From positions 1,429 through 65,428 of the forward strand of contig QFDA01000001.1 in assembly GCA_003130815.1 (NCBI GenBank): 64,000 nt of DNA. The letters are read 5' to 3'. The notes below the pieces were generated by a model. That model searched no databases and was not told where the DNA came from. It saw only the letters and a program-made list of their open reading frames with translations. Of the stretch, positions 47,001 through 56,098 are shown one piece after another (position 1 is the first letter of the stretch; every line of letters starts with the position of its first letter). This stretch comes from Bacteroidetes bacterium SCGC AAA795-G10. GTDB lineage: Bacteria > Bacteroidota > Bacteroidia > Flavobacteriales > Flavobacteriaceae. The position numbers were made by a program, and so were the translations under genes.

Positions 47001-50000
47001 CGAGTTAGATAAATCCATCCCCTTTTATCAATTAAACCATCATTCTCTAAATCTAAAAAGTAAAAATAACTTCCCTCAGGAACTTTTTGATCTTGATCTA
47101 ATGGCCAGGTATTTTGATAATTTCTTTTATTATAAATTTCAACTCCAGACCTAGAATAAATAACAAGTGAACTATTAGGGTAGTTTGTTATTTTGACAAT
47201 ATTGAATACATCATTTATACCATCTCCATTGTCTGAAATAAATTCACTTACTAAAAATTCATCGTATTTATATGAATTTGGATCAATAATATCTGGAACT
47301 TGGTCATTATCTATATCAGAGTCTTGACAATCTGGAATTCCATCACCGTCAAAATCAGGACTTAACGAATTTTCGTCCTTAGGATCTGAGCCACACTCTA
47401 TTTCATGTAGATCAGTTTGACCGTCATTGTCATCATCAAAATCACACATATCACCAAATTTATCTTTATCGTAATTTTTTTGTAATGCATTAGGCTCTTC
47501 AGGACAATTATCGCATAGATCCCCCACTCCGTCTTGATCAATATCCGATTGATCAGCATTTGATATATTTGGACAATTATCATTTACTATTAGAGTATAA
47601 TCTGTGGAGTAAAATATTCCATCCCCATCTTCATCAAGATTTGGAAATTCATTTATATCTAAGTTATCTGTTTTGAAAAAGGATTCTATATCATCACTAT
47701 AACCATCTCCATCGTCATCATCATCTAAACAATCCGGAATACCGTCACCGTCTGTATCAACGGGTATATCCTCATAACTAAGTGGATCTGTTCCACAAAT
47801 AATTTCATTTTCATCACTTTGTCCATCATTGTCATCATCATCGTCAAAATAATCTATAACTAGATCCAGATCTGTATCAATGGGGAAATCATCTTCATCA
47901 AGGCTATTTGTTCCAACATCATCCTCTAATTCATCTGAAAAACCATCATTGTCGTCGTCATCATCTAAGTTGTTACCAATTCCGTCATCGTCTGTATCAG
48001 CCCATTCATTAGGATCGAATGGAAATGCATCTATGTCATCCTCAAACCCATCACCGTCTGTATCAATAGTGGTGGAATTAGAATCGCTTGGAGGGTTAAT
48101 TGAATTACCGCACACATTTAAATTATCTGAAATAAAAATATTTACCGTAGCTGAAGCTTTATTTCCAGATGTGTCAGTTACAGAGAAAACAATTTCTTTA
48201 AGTCCTAAATTATCACATATAAGCTTTAAGGGACTTTGTTTTTTTCGGATACTTTTTGAAGTTAGTGCTTGATATTGTTTTTGCTGGATTTCTTCCAAAA
48301 GGGGTTGGTTTTCAGAAATTACCAATCCAGAGGTTTTAAATTTGATACCATAGGACTGTATATTACAATTGTCAGTACTTCCGTTATCGATTAGCTCATA
48401 AGGAATATTTAAATTGCTTTGGGAATCTAAGGAAATAACTAAATCCTTCGCTCTAGCAATTGGAGGCTCATTATCAATAACAGTTACACTTTGAACCCTG
48501 GAAGAAAAATTTCCGTTAATGTCTGTAACACTGTATGTCACAAATGTCGTACCAATAGGAAACTGCAAAGGTGCATCATTTGATGAGTTCAATATTCCAC
48601 AATCATCATTAATTAGAATTGATCCTAAATTAACATTTGTTGCAAAACAAGAACCCACATCAGAATTAACATTTACGTTATCATTTTGAATATTTATAGT
48701 TGGCTCTGTAGTATCATTGAATGTAACAAGCTGAGTAGCAGTGACAGTATTTCCAAATGTGTCACTCGCCGTCCATGTAATTGTGGTTGTTCCTGTTGGA
48801 AAAGAGCTAGGTGCATCATTTGAAAAAGTAAATGAACAATTGTCATTAACTGTTGGTATTCCAAGAATTATAACACAAGAATTTGATGTTATGTTTGGTG
48901 GAGGTGTGATACTAGGTGAAATATTATCTTCAACTGTGACACGCTGAAAAGAAACTGAAGTATTACTTGCTAAGTCTGAGACACTCCAAGTAACGGTTGT
49001 TGTTCCAATAGGATATATATTTGGTGCATTATTCGACACACTACCAACTGTACAATTATCAGAAGTAGTTGGATTGCCTAAAATAACTCCTGTTGCTTCA
49101 CATGAATTTATATCTGTAGTCACTACAACATCTGGTGGAGGTGTAATTAGTGGTGCAATTGTATCCGATACAGTAACCAATTGAGTTTCAGATACAGTAT
49201 TTCCTGAGGAATCAGTAACTGACCAAATAACAGGGGTTATTCCAATAGGAAATGTTAATGGAGCATTATTTGTTGGTGTAACAACCCCACAATTGTCTGT
49301 TGCAGACGCTACACCAATAGTTAATGAGCAATTTGCTGAAATAATATCTGCGGGGATTGTTAAAGTTGGACTTTCAACATCAAAAACTGTAATTGTTTGT
49401 GTCACAGTAGTTGTATTGCTAGAATTGTCAGTAACTGTCCAAGTTAGGACATTTATTCCTTTATTGAAGGTCAATGAGGGTTTATCATTTTCTACCAAAG
49501 TAATTGAGCAGTTATCAGAAGTTGTTGGTGTTCCAACATCAGATTGTGAAAGAACAACTTCACATGATCCTGGATCTGTATCAACTGATATGTTAATAGG
49601 TGGTATAACAGTTGGTGGTACTGTATCACTAGGAGCTACAGAAACATTTTGTGTTAATCCTACAATATTTCCATCAGTTAAAGTTGTGGAAATAGTTACG
49701 GAAAAATTCCTTGTTGTATTGCTAGGTGAATAAAGTTTAGTGAAAGAAAAAGTTGAAGTTGACAATCCGCTTGAGCCTATATCGCCATTACCAAAATCAA
49801 AATTCCAAGATGCGGCAGGAGCCGGTATTGCATTGACAGTTACATCTTCTAATCCCCAATTATCCCAAATATCACCGTCATTATCAGGTTGATACCACCT
49901 AAAAATTGTTGAAGAGGTTTGAGCAGCTAATGGAATAGCAATATCATTCGCATACCAATCATACCATGCAGCACTATATCCACTTGCTGTATCCCAATCA

Positions 50001-50482
50001 GTAAAAATATCTTCCCAAGTGTTGCCTCCATTAATAGAGTACTGTAAATAGACTTCTTCATCTACTTTTTCTCCATCTTCACAACCCGGAGCAGGATCAT
50101 CTGCTCCATACCTGATTAAAAATTCTAAACTCCCTCCATAGGAGACATCTACCGGATTAGTTTGAACAAATCTTTTCCCGTTATTTGGTCCTCCACTTTG
50201 AAGTATTGTAGCCCAAAAATAGTTTGTATTTGAAGGCGTATTCCCTCTTGCAGGATTACATGGTTGTCCAACAGTGTAAGGAGATGAAGACCAACCGGTG
50301 GGAAGATTTCCATCATTAAAATCAAATTCAGTTACACTATTTTCACTTGGGATATAAACAACATTGAAGTTAATTAGAGTTCCACTGCAAGAGGTTGAGG
50401 AAACCGTTGTAGAAAATTGAACTTCTTGAGCTAGACCCGAAAAACAGATGAGAAGTAATATTAATAATTTACTGTACCTCAA
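46997..50482 (-). CDS. 1161-aa T9SS-secreted modular surface protein (N-terminal beta-sandwich, HYR repeats, TSP3-type Ca-binding repeats, type-B CTD)
   Basis: Signal peptide MRYSKLLILLLICFSGLAQE. There are 5-6 HYR-like repeats of about 78 aa (..P.I.CP.D....D...C.A.V....PT..DNC......N.AP..FP.G.T.VTW.V.D.SGN....Q.VTV.D), DxDxDGxxD arrays, and the C-terminus GDGINDVFNI...YPNSSLVIYSRSGVEIY...GSYFYFLDL...KRGWIYLTR. Confidence 0.85.
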   Translation of the reverse strand: MRYSKLLILLLICFSGLAQEVQFSTTVSSTSCSGTLINFNVVYIPSENSVTEFDFNDGNLPTGWSSSPYTVGQPCNPARGNTPSNTNYFWATILQSGGPNNGKRFVQTNPVDVSYGGSLEFLIRYGADDPAPGCEDGEKVDEEVYLQYSINGGNTWEDIFTDWDTASGYSAAWYDWYANDIAIPLAAQTSSTIFRWYQPDNDGDIWDNWGLEDVTVNAIPAPAASWNFDFGNGDIGSSGLSTSTFSFTKLYSPSNTTRNFSVTISTTLTDGNIVGLTQNVSVAPSDTVPPTVIPPINISVDTDPGSCEVVLSQSDVGTPTTSDNCSITLVENDKPSLTFNKGINVLTWTVTDNSSNTTTVTQTITVFDVESPTLTIPADIISANCSLTIGVASATDNCGVVTPTNNAPLTFPIGITPVIWSVTDSSGNTVSETQLVTVSDTIAPLITPPPDVVVTTDINSCEATGVILGNPTTSDNCTVGSVSNNAPNIYPIGTTTVTWSVSDLASNTSVSFQRVTVEDNISPSITPPPNITSNSCVIILGIPTVNDNCSFTFSNDAPSSFPTGTTTITWTASDTFGNTVTATQLVTFNDTTEPTINIQNDNVNVNSDVGSCFATNVNLGSILINDDCGILNSSNDAPLQFPIGTTFVTYSVTDINGNFSSRVQSVTVIDNEPPIARAKDLVISLDSQSNLNIPYELIDNGSTDNCNIQSYGIKFKTSGLVISENQPLLEEIQQKQYQALTSKSIRKKQSPLKLICDNLGLKEIVFSVTDTSGNKASATVNIFISDNLNVCGNSINPPSDSNSTTIDTDGDGFEDDIDAFPFDPNEWADTDDDGIGNNLDDDDDNDGFSDELEDDVGTNSLDEDDFPIDTDLDLVIDYFDDDDDNDGQSDENEIICGTDPLSYEDIPVDTDGDGIPDCLDDDDDGDGYSDDIESFFKTDNLDINEFPNLDEDGDGIFYSTDYTLIVNDNCPNISNADQSDIDQDGVGDLCDNCPEEPNALQKNYDKDKFGDMCDFDDDNDGQTDLHEIECGSDPKDENSLSPDFDGDGIPDCQDSDIDNDQVPDIIDPNSYKYDEFLVSEFISDNGDGINDVFNIVKITNYPNSSLVIYSRSGVEIYNKRNYQNTWPLDQDQKVPEGSYFYFLDLENDGLIDKRGWIYLTR
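47000..47257 (-). other. T9SS type-B (gliding-motility CHU_C-like) C-terminal sorting domain
   Basis: aa 1076-1161 of the adhesin; see the motifs above. Confidence 0.75.
47285..48067 (-). repeat. Asp-rich thrombospondin type-3-like calcium-binding repeat region (coding)
   Basis: aa 806-1066 carry repeated DTDGDG(I/F)xD, DDDNDGxSD and DQDGVGDxCDNC units. The DNA shows gat/gac-rich periodicity. Confidence 0.7.
48467..49627 (-). repeat. Five tandem HYR-like domain repeats (coding, diverged units of about 235 nt)
   Basis: aa 286-672 of the adhesin. A sixth, degenerate unit follows, up to about aa 786. Confidence 0.7.
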
Positions 50483-50849
50483 TTACATCAATTTTTGATA
50501 AGTTAAATTCAATTTTAGGTCCACTTTTACTAGTTATATTTTCGCTTTTAAAGATTCTTAATTTTATAGGATCATATTCGCACTTCCCAGTCTTTGTTTC
50601 AAAAGGACTTAGTACAAAAGCTATTTTTTCTTCGAGATTTTCTTCAGTACCTTTAAAAAAATTTATTACGTAAGTTTTGTCGGTTAAATTTTTTACTCTC
50701 ATTATGTAATACTCAAAAGCAAAACCATTTTTTCTATCGTCACAAAGCTGGGATTTAAAAGAAATCTCTACTTTTTTGTCCGCATAATAAGTTTTCCAAT
50801 CATCTTGGCTAAGATTTAAAAAACATATAAAATAGATAATTAAAATCAT
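50469..50849 (-). CDS. Hypothetical small secreted/membrane-anchored protein
   Basis: 126 aa with a hydrophobic N-terminus. Its stop overlaps the adhesin start by 14 nt. I recognised no motif. Confidence 0.45.
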   Translation of the reverse strand: MILIIYFICFLNLSQDDWKTYYADKKVEISFKSQLCDDRKNGFAFEYYIMRVKNLTDKTYVINFFKGTEENLEEKIAFVLSPFETKTGKCEYDPIKLRIFKSENITSKSGPKIEFNLSKIDVIEVQ

Positions 50850-50917
50850 AAGAATTAGATGATTTTAATTATAAAATTAAAGATTTATTTATAATATTTA
50901 TCAAGTGAAAATAAATT

Positions 50918-51580
50918 ATGTTTAAGTCAGTAATTTTTGACATGGATGGTGTGATAATTAATAGTGAACCTCTTCATAGAAAGTCATATTATCTAATGTT
51001 TGAAGAACTTAACATAGACGTCCCTGAAGATTTATATGCCTCCTTTACAGGAATGGCAACAATTCCAATATGTGAAAAGATTTGTGATTTTTTTTCGTTA
51101 AATCAATCCCCTGAAACATTAGTCGATACTAAGCGGAAATACTTTAGCGGATTGTTTGAAAAAGGGTACAAGTTAAATTTAATTGAAGGTGTATTAGAAT
51201 TGATCAAACATTACTATGAAAATGGAATTACTTTAGTGCTCGCGTCTTCGGCATCTATGGAAAACATTGAGATGATTTTTAAAAAATTTGACCTTAATCA
51301 ATATTTTCAGGCTAAAATAAGTGGTGCTGATTTAAAAGAATCTAAACCAAATCCTGAAATTTTTATTAAAGCAACAGAACTTAGTGGAAATTCAAAAAAA
51401 GATTGTGTGGTTATAGAGGACGCAACTAATGGTATAATAGCCGCCAAATCGGCAGGACTTTTTTGTATTGCTTATAATGGTGATGATTCAAAAAGTCAAG
51501 ACTACAGTAAAGCTGACCTTATAATTAATAACTTTGAAAATATTTACATTGAAAAGTTAAAAACTATAAAAAGTAATTAA
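50918..51580 (+). CDS. HAD-IA family hydrolase (beta-phosphoglucomutase-like)
   Basis: Motif I DMDGVII, motif II ASSA, and KPNPEIF plus EDATNG (motifs III/IV). Confidence 0.8.
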   Translation: MFKSVIFDMDGVIINSEPLHRKSYYLMFEELNIDVPEDLYASFTGMATIPICEKICDFFSLNQSPETLVDTKRKYFSGLFEKGYKLNLIEGVLELIKHYYENGITLVLASSASMENIEMIFKKFDLNQYFQAKISGADLKESKPNPEIFIKATELSGNSKKDCVVIEDATNGIIAAKSAGLFCIAYNGDDSKSQDYSKADLIINNFENIYIEKLKTIKSN

Positions 51581-53820
51581 TTATACTTCCACCTCAAACC
51601 TAAAAAAAATCTTACACCCTGATTAGATGCATATACATATGAAGGGTCAAAAGTCAAAGAGTAGGGGTTATTTTGAGTTGGTACAACATTGCCGGTGTCA
51701 TCAAAAACTACTAGCCTATCAAAAGGATCAAAAGGCCTTGCTATACTGTTTTCAGGTGGTAAAAAATTTAGTAGATTTTTTACACCACCATATGATTCAA
51801 ATACATTATTCCATGATTTAGTTAATTGAGCATTTATAATATGAAATGTTTTGGAAAAAGAGGGTCTAGGATCAAGATCTCCGAGTAATGGTAGTTTTAA
51901 TGGGCCTGTGGTATTACTTGTAATATCTAAAATGATTCCAGAGTTAATCCATTTTTTTTCTATTTTCAATACACCTTGGTATCTTTCTGTTAAAAAAGGA
52001 GTTGATTTAAAATTTTCTTCTTTTATAAAAGAATCAATAAAAGTAGTTCCTAAATTTAAGCGAATTCCATTTTGAATTAATAAATTTAAATTTAGTGAAG
52101 CACCTTGGTTGGTTGAAGTTCCAACTAGATTACTATAAATAATTTTGGTAGGATCTAAATCATATTTTGGAATTATCTTATTAGAAAACTTTGTATAGAA
52201 AATACTGAAATCTATATCCAATAATGCCCCTTGTTTGAAGTATAATTTTTTTAATAAGTTAGCATTAAAATTCCATGATCTTTCAGGGTTCAATTCCTCT
52301 AAAAAAACAACATCCCTTGCACCAGTAAGTGCTGCATGATCTTCAGTAAAAATCTGAGCCACACGATAACCTGATCCAAAACTTAATCTTAAAATTGTGC
52401 TTTTATCAACATTATTCAATTTATAATTTATCCTAGGGGTTACTATATCCCCATACAATGAATTATAATCATATCGTAATCCAAAAAGAAGAGATTGATA
52501 CTCATTAAATTTAAGTTCATCCTGAAAAAAAATACCTGGTAAATGGGTATTTGATGGTAGATTTGAAAATAATTTTTCATTGTAGGTTGCTGTCGTATCA
52601 TCGTCATAATAGGTATATCTGTAAGCTAATCCAACTAGAAGATTATGCTTTTTAAAACTGTTCGTCCAAATAAATTGTCCAAAACCAACGGTCTGATTGG
52701 CATTGAAATAATTTAATCCGTATACTGAATTTTGATAATGGTCATTAAAACTAAAATATAAACTGAGATTCTTGTTAATAAGATAATTCCCAAATATTTC
52801 AAACCTTGAGGTATAGATACTTTCACCATAAATTTGATCTTTTCCTCTATCTGCTTTGGTCCAATTCATTTGACCTCCCCACCTGTCTTCATAAATGTAC
52901 CTGGTAGCTAAAGAAAAATTATTACCAAAAGATAATTTGTTGAAAATTGAAATACGATCTTGCACTGTTAGATCCGTAAATCCATCTTGATTATTATCTA
53001 TAGGATTTGAATAATTAAAATAATTTATTCCAAGTAATCCAAAATTATTATTTGAAAGGTTATACTTATATCCTATATCTGTATTTATTTCTCCCCACCC
53101 TGAAACAAAGGAGTCTAATGAAAAGGTATCTGTATTTTCAGGAAGCCTGGTAATTAAATTAATTAAACCACCAATTGCTTCAGAACCATAAAGAGTGGAA
53201 GCTGGACCTTTGACTACCTCAACACGATCAATTAAAGATCTTGGAATTCCTGATAAACCGTATACTGTTGACAAGCCACTTACAATAGGAAGACCATCAA
53301 TTAAAATCATAGTATAACTTCCTTCCTGACCATTTATATGAATGTCCCCAGTGTTACATATATTACAATTCAATTGTGGTCTGATACCATTAATATTTCC
53401 AAGAGATTCAAAAATTGAAGCTGTAGGATTTGCCTTAAAAAAAGATTGGCTATAAACCTCCACTGGAGTTGGACTGTCTAACTTAGATACTGTTTTTAAT
53501 GTTGATGACACAACAACTTCCTCAAGAGTCTCGTCAGATAACAATTCAATAATCCCAATATTAAGACTACTTGGAGAAATAATTTTAACCACAGGCTTAT
53601 ATCCAACAAATGAAAAAATCAGTTTTTGACTATTCCCTATATTTGAGTTTATTACGAATTGTCCGTCATTATTTGTAATAGTACCAATGTTAGATTCTTT
53701 TAAAAAAACATTAACGCCTTTTAGGGGCTTTCCATTAGAAACCACTGAACCTACAAATGAAAATTCTTGAGCAAATGTTAGACTAGCAAAAAGGTAAAAG
53801 ATAAAAAATCGAATTAACAT
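51577..53820 (-). CDS. TonB-dependent receptor with N-terminal CarboxypepD_reg domain
   Basis: Signal peptide from ATG 53820, then a carboxypeptidase-regulatory-like domain (GSVVSNGKPLKGVNVFLKESNIGTITNNDGQFVI), a plug (VEVVKGPASTLYGSEAIGGLINLIT) and a beta-barrel. Confidence 0.85.
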   Translation of the reverse strand: MLIRFFIFYLFASLTFAQEFSFVGSVVSNGKPLKGVNVFLKESNIGTITNNDGQFVINSNIGNSQKLIFSFVGYKPVVKIISPSSLNIGIIELLSDETLEEVVVSSTLKTVSKLDSPTPVEVYSQSFFKANPTASIFESLGNINGIRPQLNCNICNTGDIHINGQEGSYTMILIDGLPIVSGLSTVYGLSGIPRSLIDRVEVVKGPASTLYGSEAIGGLINLITRLPENTDTFSLDSFVSGWGEINTDIGYKYNLSNNNFGLLGINYFNYSNPIDNNQDGFTDLTVQDRISIFNKLSFGNNFSLATRYIYEDRWGGQMNWTKADRGKDQIYGESIYTSRFEIFGNYLINKNLSLYFSFNDHYQNSVYGLNYFNANQTVGFGQFIWTNSFKKHNLLVGLAYRYTYYDDDTTATYNEKLFSNLPSNTHLPGIFFQDELKFNEYQSLLFGLRYDYNSLYGDIVTPRINYKLNNVDKSTILRLSFGSGYRVAQIFTEDHAALTGARDVVFLEELNPERSWNFNANLLKKLYFKQGALLDIDFSIFYTKFSNKIIPKYDLDPTKIIYSNLVGTSTNQGASLNLNLLIQNGIRLNLGTTFIDSFIKEENFKSTPFLTERYQGVLKIEKKWINSGIILDITSNTTGPLKLPLLGDLDPRPSFSKTFHIINAQLTKSWNNVFESYGGVKNLLNFLPPENSIARPFDPFDRLVVFDDTGNVVPTQNNPYSLTFDPSYVYASNQGVRFFLGLRWKYN

Positions 53821-53852
53821 TAAATTTAAGTGAGTTGTAAAATTAATTAATA

Positions 53853-53869
53853 GTTTTGCACTACAAAAC
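53853..53869. promoter_or_regulatory. Inverted repeat gttttg-N5-caaaac in the 55-bp divergent region, a candidate metalloregulator operator
   Basis: Read directly from the sequence. It lies 7 nt upstream of the repressor ATG and 33 nt from the receptor ATG. Confidence 0.3.
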
Positions 53870-53875
53870 AATTTT

Positions 53876-54286
53876 ATGCAAAAGACGATCGAAAAAGAAA
53901 ATTATCTGAAAACATTATATAAGTTAGAAGAAAAGTCTCAGTTAGCCACAGTAACATCACTAGCTAATCATTTTAAAGTAAGTAAATCGACAGTATCGAA
54001 TATGATTAAAAAGTTAATGTTAATGAAACTTGTTGATACTCAGCCATACAAGCCAATATTATTGACAAATAATGGGAAAAAGACAGCTGTTGAAGTTATA
54101 TCAAAACATAGGTTAATTGAACTTTATTTATACGAAAAAATGCAATTTAAACTGGACGAAGTTCACGAAATAGCAGAAGAGATTGAACATATAAAAAACG
54201 CAAAGTTCTTTAAAAGAATGCAGAAAATATTAGGAGACAAAAATATAGACCCACATGGAACAATAATTCCAAGATGTAAATTTTAA
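53876..54286 (+). CDS. DtxR/MntR-family metal-dependent transcriptional repressor (short, MntR-sized)
   Basis: The N-terminus ENYLKTLYKL and winged HTH ATVTSLANHFKVSKSTVSNMIKKL, then the dimerisation helix HRLIELYL; 136 aa. Confidence 0.75.
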   Translation: MQKTIEKENYLKTLYKLEEKSQLATVTSLANHFKVSKSTVSNMIKKLMLMKLVDTQPYKPILLTNNGKKTAVEVISKHRLIELYLYEKMQFKLDEVHEIAEEIEHIKNAKFFKRMQKILGDKNIDPHGTIIPRCKF

Positions 54287-54294
54287 TTTATAAT

Positions 54295-55065
54295 TTATCT
54301 TAATTCTCTGATCTTTATGTTCTTAAAATATGCTTTTCCTGGATGATCCTGAAAGCAAATAAAACCCTCTGAAAATTTTCCAAAGTCATACCACCTTTTA
54401 TCGCCTAAATATGGATATTCATTTGAGTTATTGAATTTACTTTTGGATAGAGCAGAATTCCACTCTGGACCTTTTAGAGGAAATTCATTTATTATAATCC
54501 CATTTAATTTTACTAATCCCAAATTGTTTTCTTGATCAATTCTTATAAAATAGTTGTTCCATTCACCAACAGGATTATAACTAAAATTACTCACTGGTGA
54601 AAACAAATCATATACAGATCCTAAAAAATGCTTTTTTTCTTCTAGATCTGTTAAGACATTATTTAGTTCAATATCTCCGCCTAAAACGTCTTGAGGTTTT
54701 TCATAAACAGAAGGATCAATAATTTGTATTTCAGGTCCTGTTTGATAAGGATATTTGTACTCTTTTTTGTCTGAAACTCCCCACATAAATCCACTATTAC
54801 CACCTTCTTCAATTTTCCAATCAAATGTAATTTCAAAACTAGTATAAGTTTTGTTTGATAGAAGACTAGAATCATCTTCACCAGACTCAAGACCAGATAT
54901 TTTATCAAAAATTAGTATTTCATTTTCTACATACCATCCTTTTTTTGATCCATTGTCTTGAAAAATGTGCCAACCATCAAGAGAATTATTTTTTATTAAT
55001 GATACCCACTCATTTTCTGGTGTTTTACATGAGACAAGTAAAAAAAAGACAATTAATTTTCTCAT
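54295..55065 (-). CDS. DUF1080 (3-keto-disaccharide hydrolase-like) lipoprotein
   Basis: Lipoprotein signal (FFLLVSCK), EWVSLIKNNSLDGWHIF, the GNSGFMWGV block and the C-terminal GFICFQDHPGKAYFKNIKIREL. Confidence 0.7.
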   Translation of the reverse strand: MRKLIVFFLLVSCKTPENEWVSLIKNNSLDGWHIFQDNGSKKGWYVENEILIFDKISGLESGEDDSSLLSNKTYTSFEITFDWKIEEGGNSGFMWGVSDKKEYKYPYQTGPEIQIIDPSVYEKPQDVLGGDIELNNVLTDLEEKKHFLGSVYDLFSPVSNFSYNPVGEWNNYFIRIDQENNLGLVKLNGIIINEFPLKGPEWNSALSKSKFNNSNEYPYLGDKRWYDFGKFSEGFICFQDHPGKAYFKNIKIRELR

Positions 55066-55069
55066 TTTC

Positions 55070-56098
55070 TTAATTAAATTTTAACTCTGAGATATTTTTT
55101 TTGATCCATTCTTGATTTATCTCACTATCATCAATTATTGTATACCAAAGCTTATCTTTTGATTTAACAAATTCTTTAAGATTCAATAAAGAATTAATTA
55201 AATCATCTTTTTTTATATTCATTGAAAGTGGTTGATAAACTAAACCAGATTCATTCATCATCTCTGTTATGAAAAGAGGGTCATTATTTTGTAACCTGCT
55301 TAAAAGATATATACCAAGTCCAATAATATTTCCATGAATAAAAGGTCTTTTAAGTCTCTCCTCGAGTTCATAGAACAGGTAATGTTCTGATCCTTCTTCA
55401 ATTCTAAAATGATCAATAGGAAGACAAATTGTATTTAATGAAATATATGCTTCAACAATAGCTCTGAGACCATTATTATTATTTGCCTTTATATTACCTA
55501 TATTGTCATAAATAAATTCTAATATTTTCTTTCCTCCATTGATAGCTTCAGCCTTAAATGGATATTCTGACTTCCCTTTTGAATTAGCATATTCCCAATC
55601 AAAAGATGCTGTGTGTATAGAGAACAAATCTCCTACTCCTGCTATGTTTAACTCTTTTGGAGCACTACGTAAAACATCGTAATCAATAATTAATGGGTTT
55701 GGGGTCGCTTCTCCTAAATATTCAACATCATGATTTTTCCTAATACCCGCTGCAGGTGTTGTAAATGCATCCACACTTAAAATTGTAGGAATAGATATTA
55801 ATCTTTTATTTAATTTCCAAGCAATATATTTGGCAACATCAATTGCCATACCCCCACCGATACCAAGGATAGTGTCAAAATCAGGTAATTTTTTTATTTG
55901 GTCCTCGATCCAACTTAACTCTACACTTGTAACGTTAATTACTTTTTCTGGGGATTCGCCAATTTTATTTTTTACAATTCCCCATGGAATTTCCATGGTA
56001 GAAACAACAAATTTACCAATCTCTTTACCAATATTTTTTGAAGAATCATTACCAATTCTAAGTTCGTTTACATTTGTTAATAAACTAAAATACTTCAT
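55070..56098 (-). CDS. Fe-ADH/DHQS-fold NAD(P)-dependent dehydrogenase, glycerol-1-phosphate dehydrogenase (AraM/EgsA)-like
   Basis: GIGGGMAIDVAKY nucleotide-binding loop, ISIPTILSVDAFTT, and His-rich metal-site region EGSEHYLFYELE...IHGNIIGLG; 342 aa. Confidence 0.5.
   Translation of the reverse strand: MKYFSLLTNVNELRIGNDSSKNIGKEIGKFVVSTMEIPWGIVKNKIGESPEKVINVTSVELSWIEDQIKKLPDFDTILGIGGGMAIDVAKYIAWKLNKRLISIPTILSVDAFTTPAAGIRKNHDVEYLGEATPNPLIIDYDVLRSAPKELNIAGVGDLFSIHTASFDWEYANSKGKSEYPFKAEAINGGKKILEFIYDNIGNIKANNNNGLRAIVEAYISLNTICLPIDHFRIEEGSEHYLFYELEERLKRPFIHGNIIGLGIYLLSRLQNNDPLFITEMMNESGLVYQPLSMNIKKDDLINSLLNLKEFVKSKDKLWYTIIDDSEINQEWIKKNISELKFN

Noticed and set aside
47285-48067. A periodic gat/gac-rich repetitive DNA stretch was considered as a possible CRISPR-like or tandem-repeat array.
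   Set aside because: The periodicity is explained by coding of Asp-rich TSP3-type calcium-binding repeats in one open frame. There is no repeat-spacer architecture and there are no cas genes.
47880-49733. Long plus-strand ORFs (47880-48272 at 130 aa, 48741-48947, and 49293-49733 at 146 aa) lie antisense to the adhesin gene.
   Set aside because: They sit entirely inside a well-supported 1161-aa minus-strand CDS with recognisable domains. Their Ser/Val/Pro-rich low-complexity translations are what one expects from the antisense of Thr/Asp/Asn-rich repeats. No independent signals were seen.
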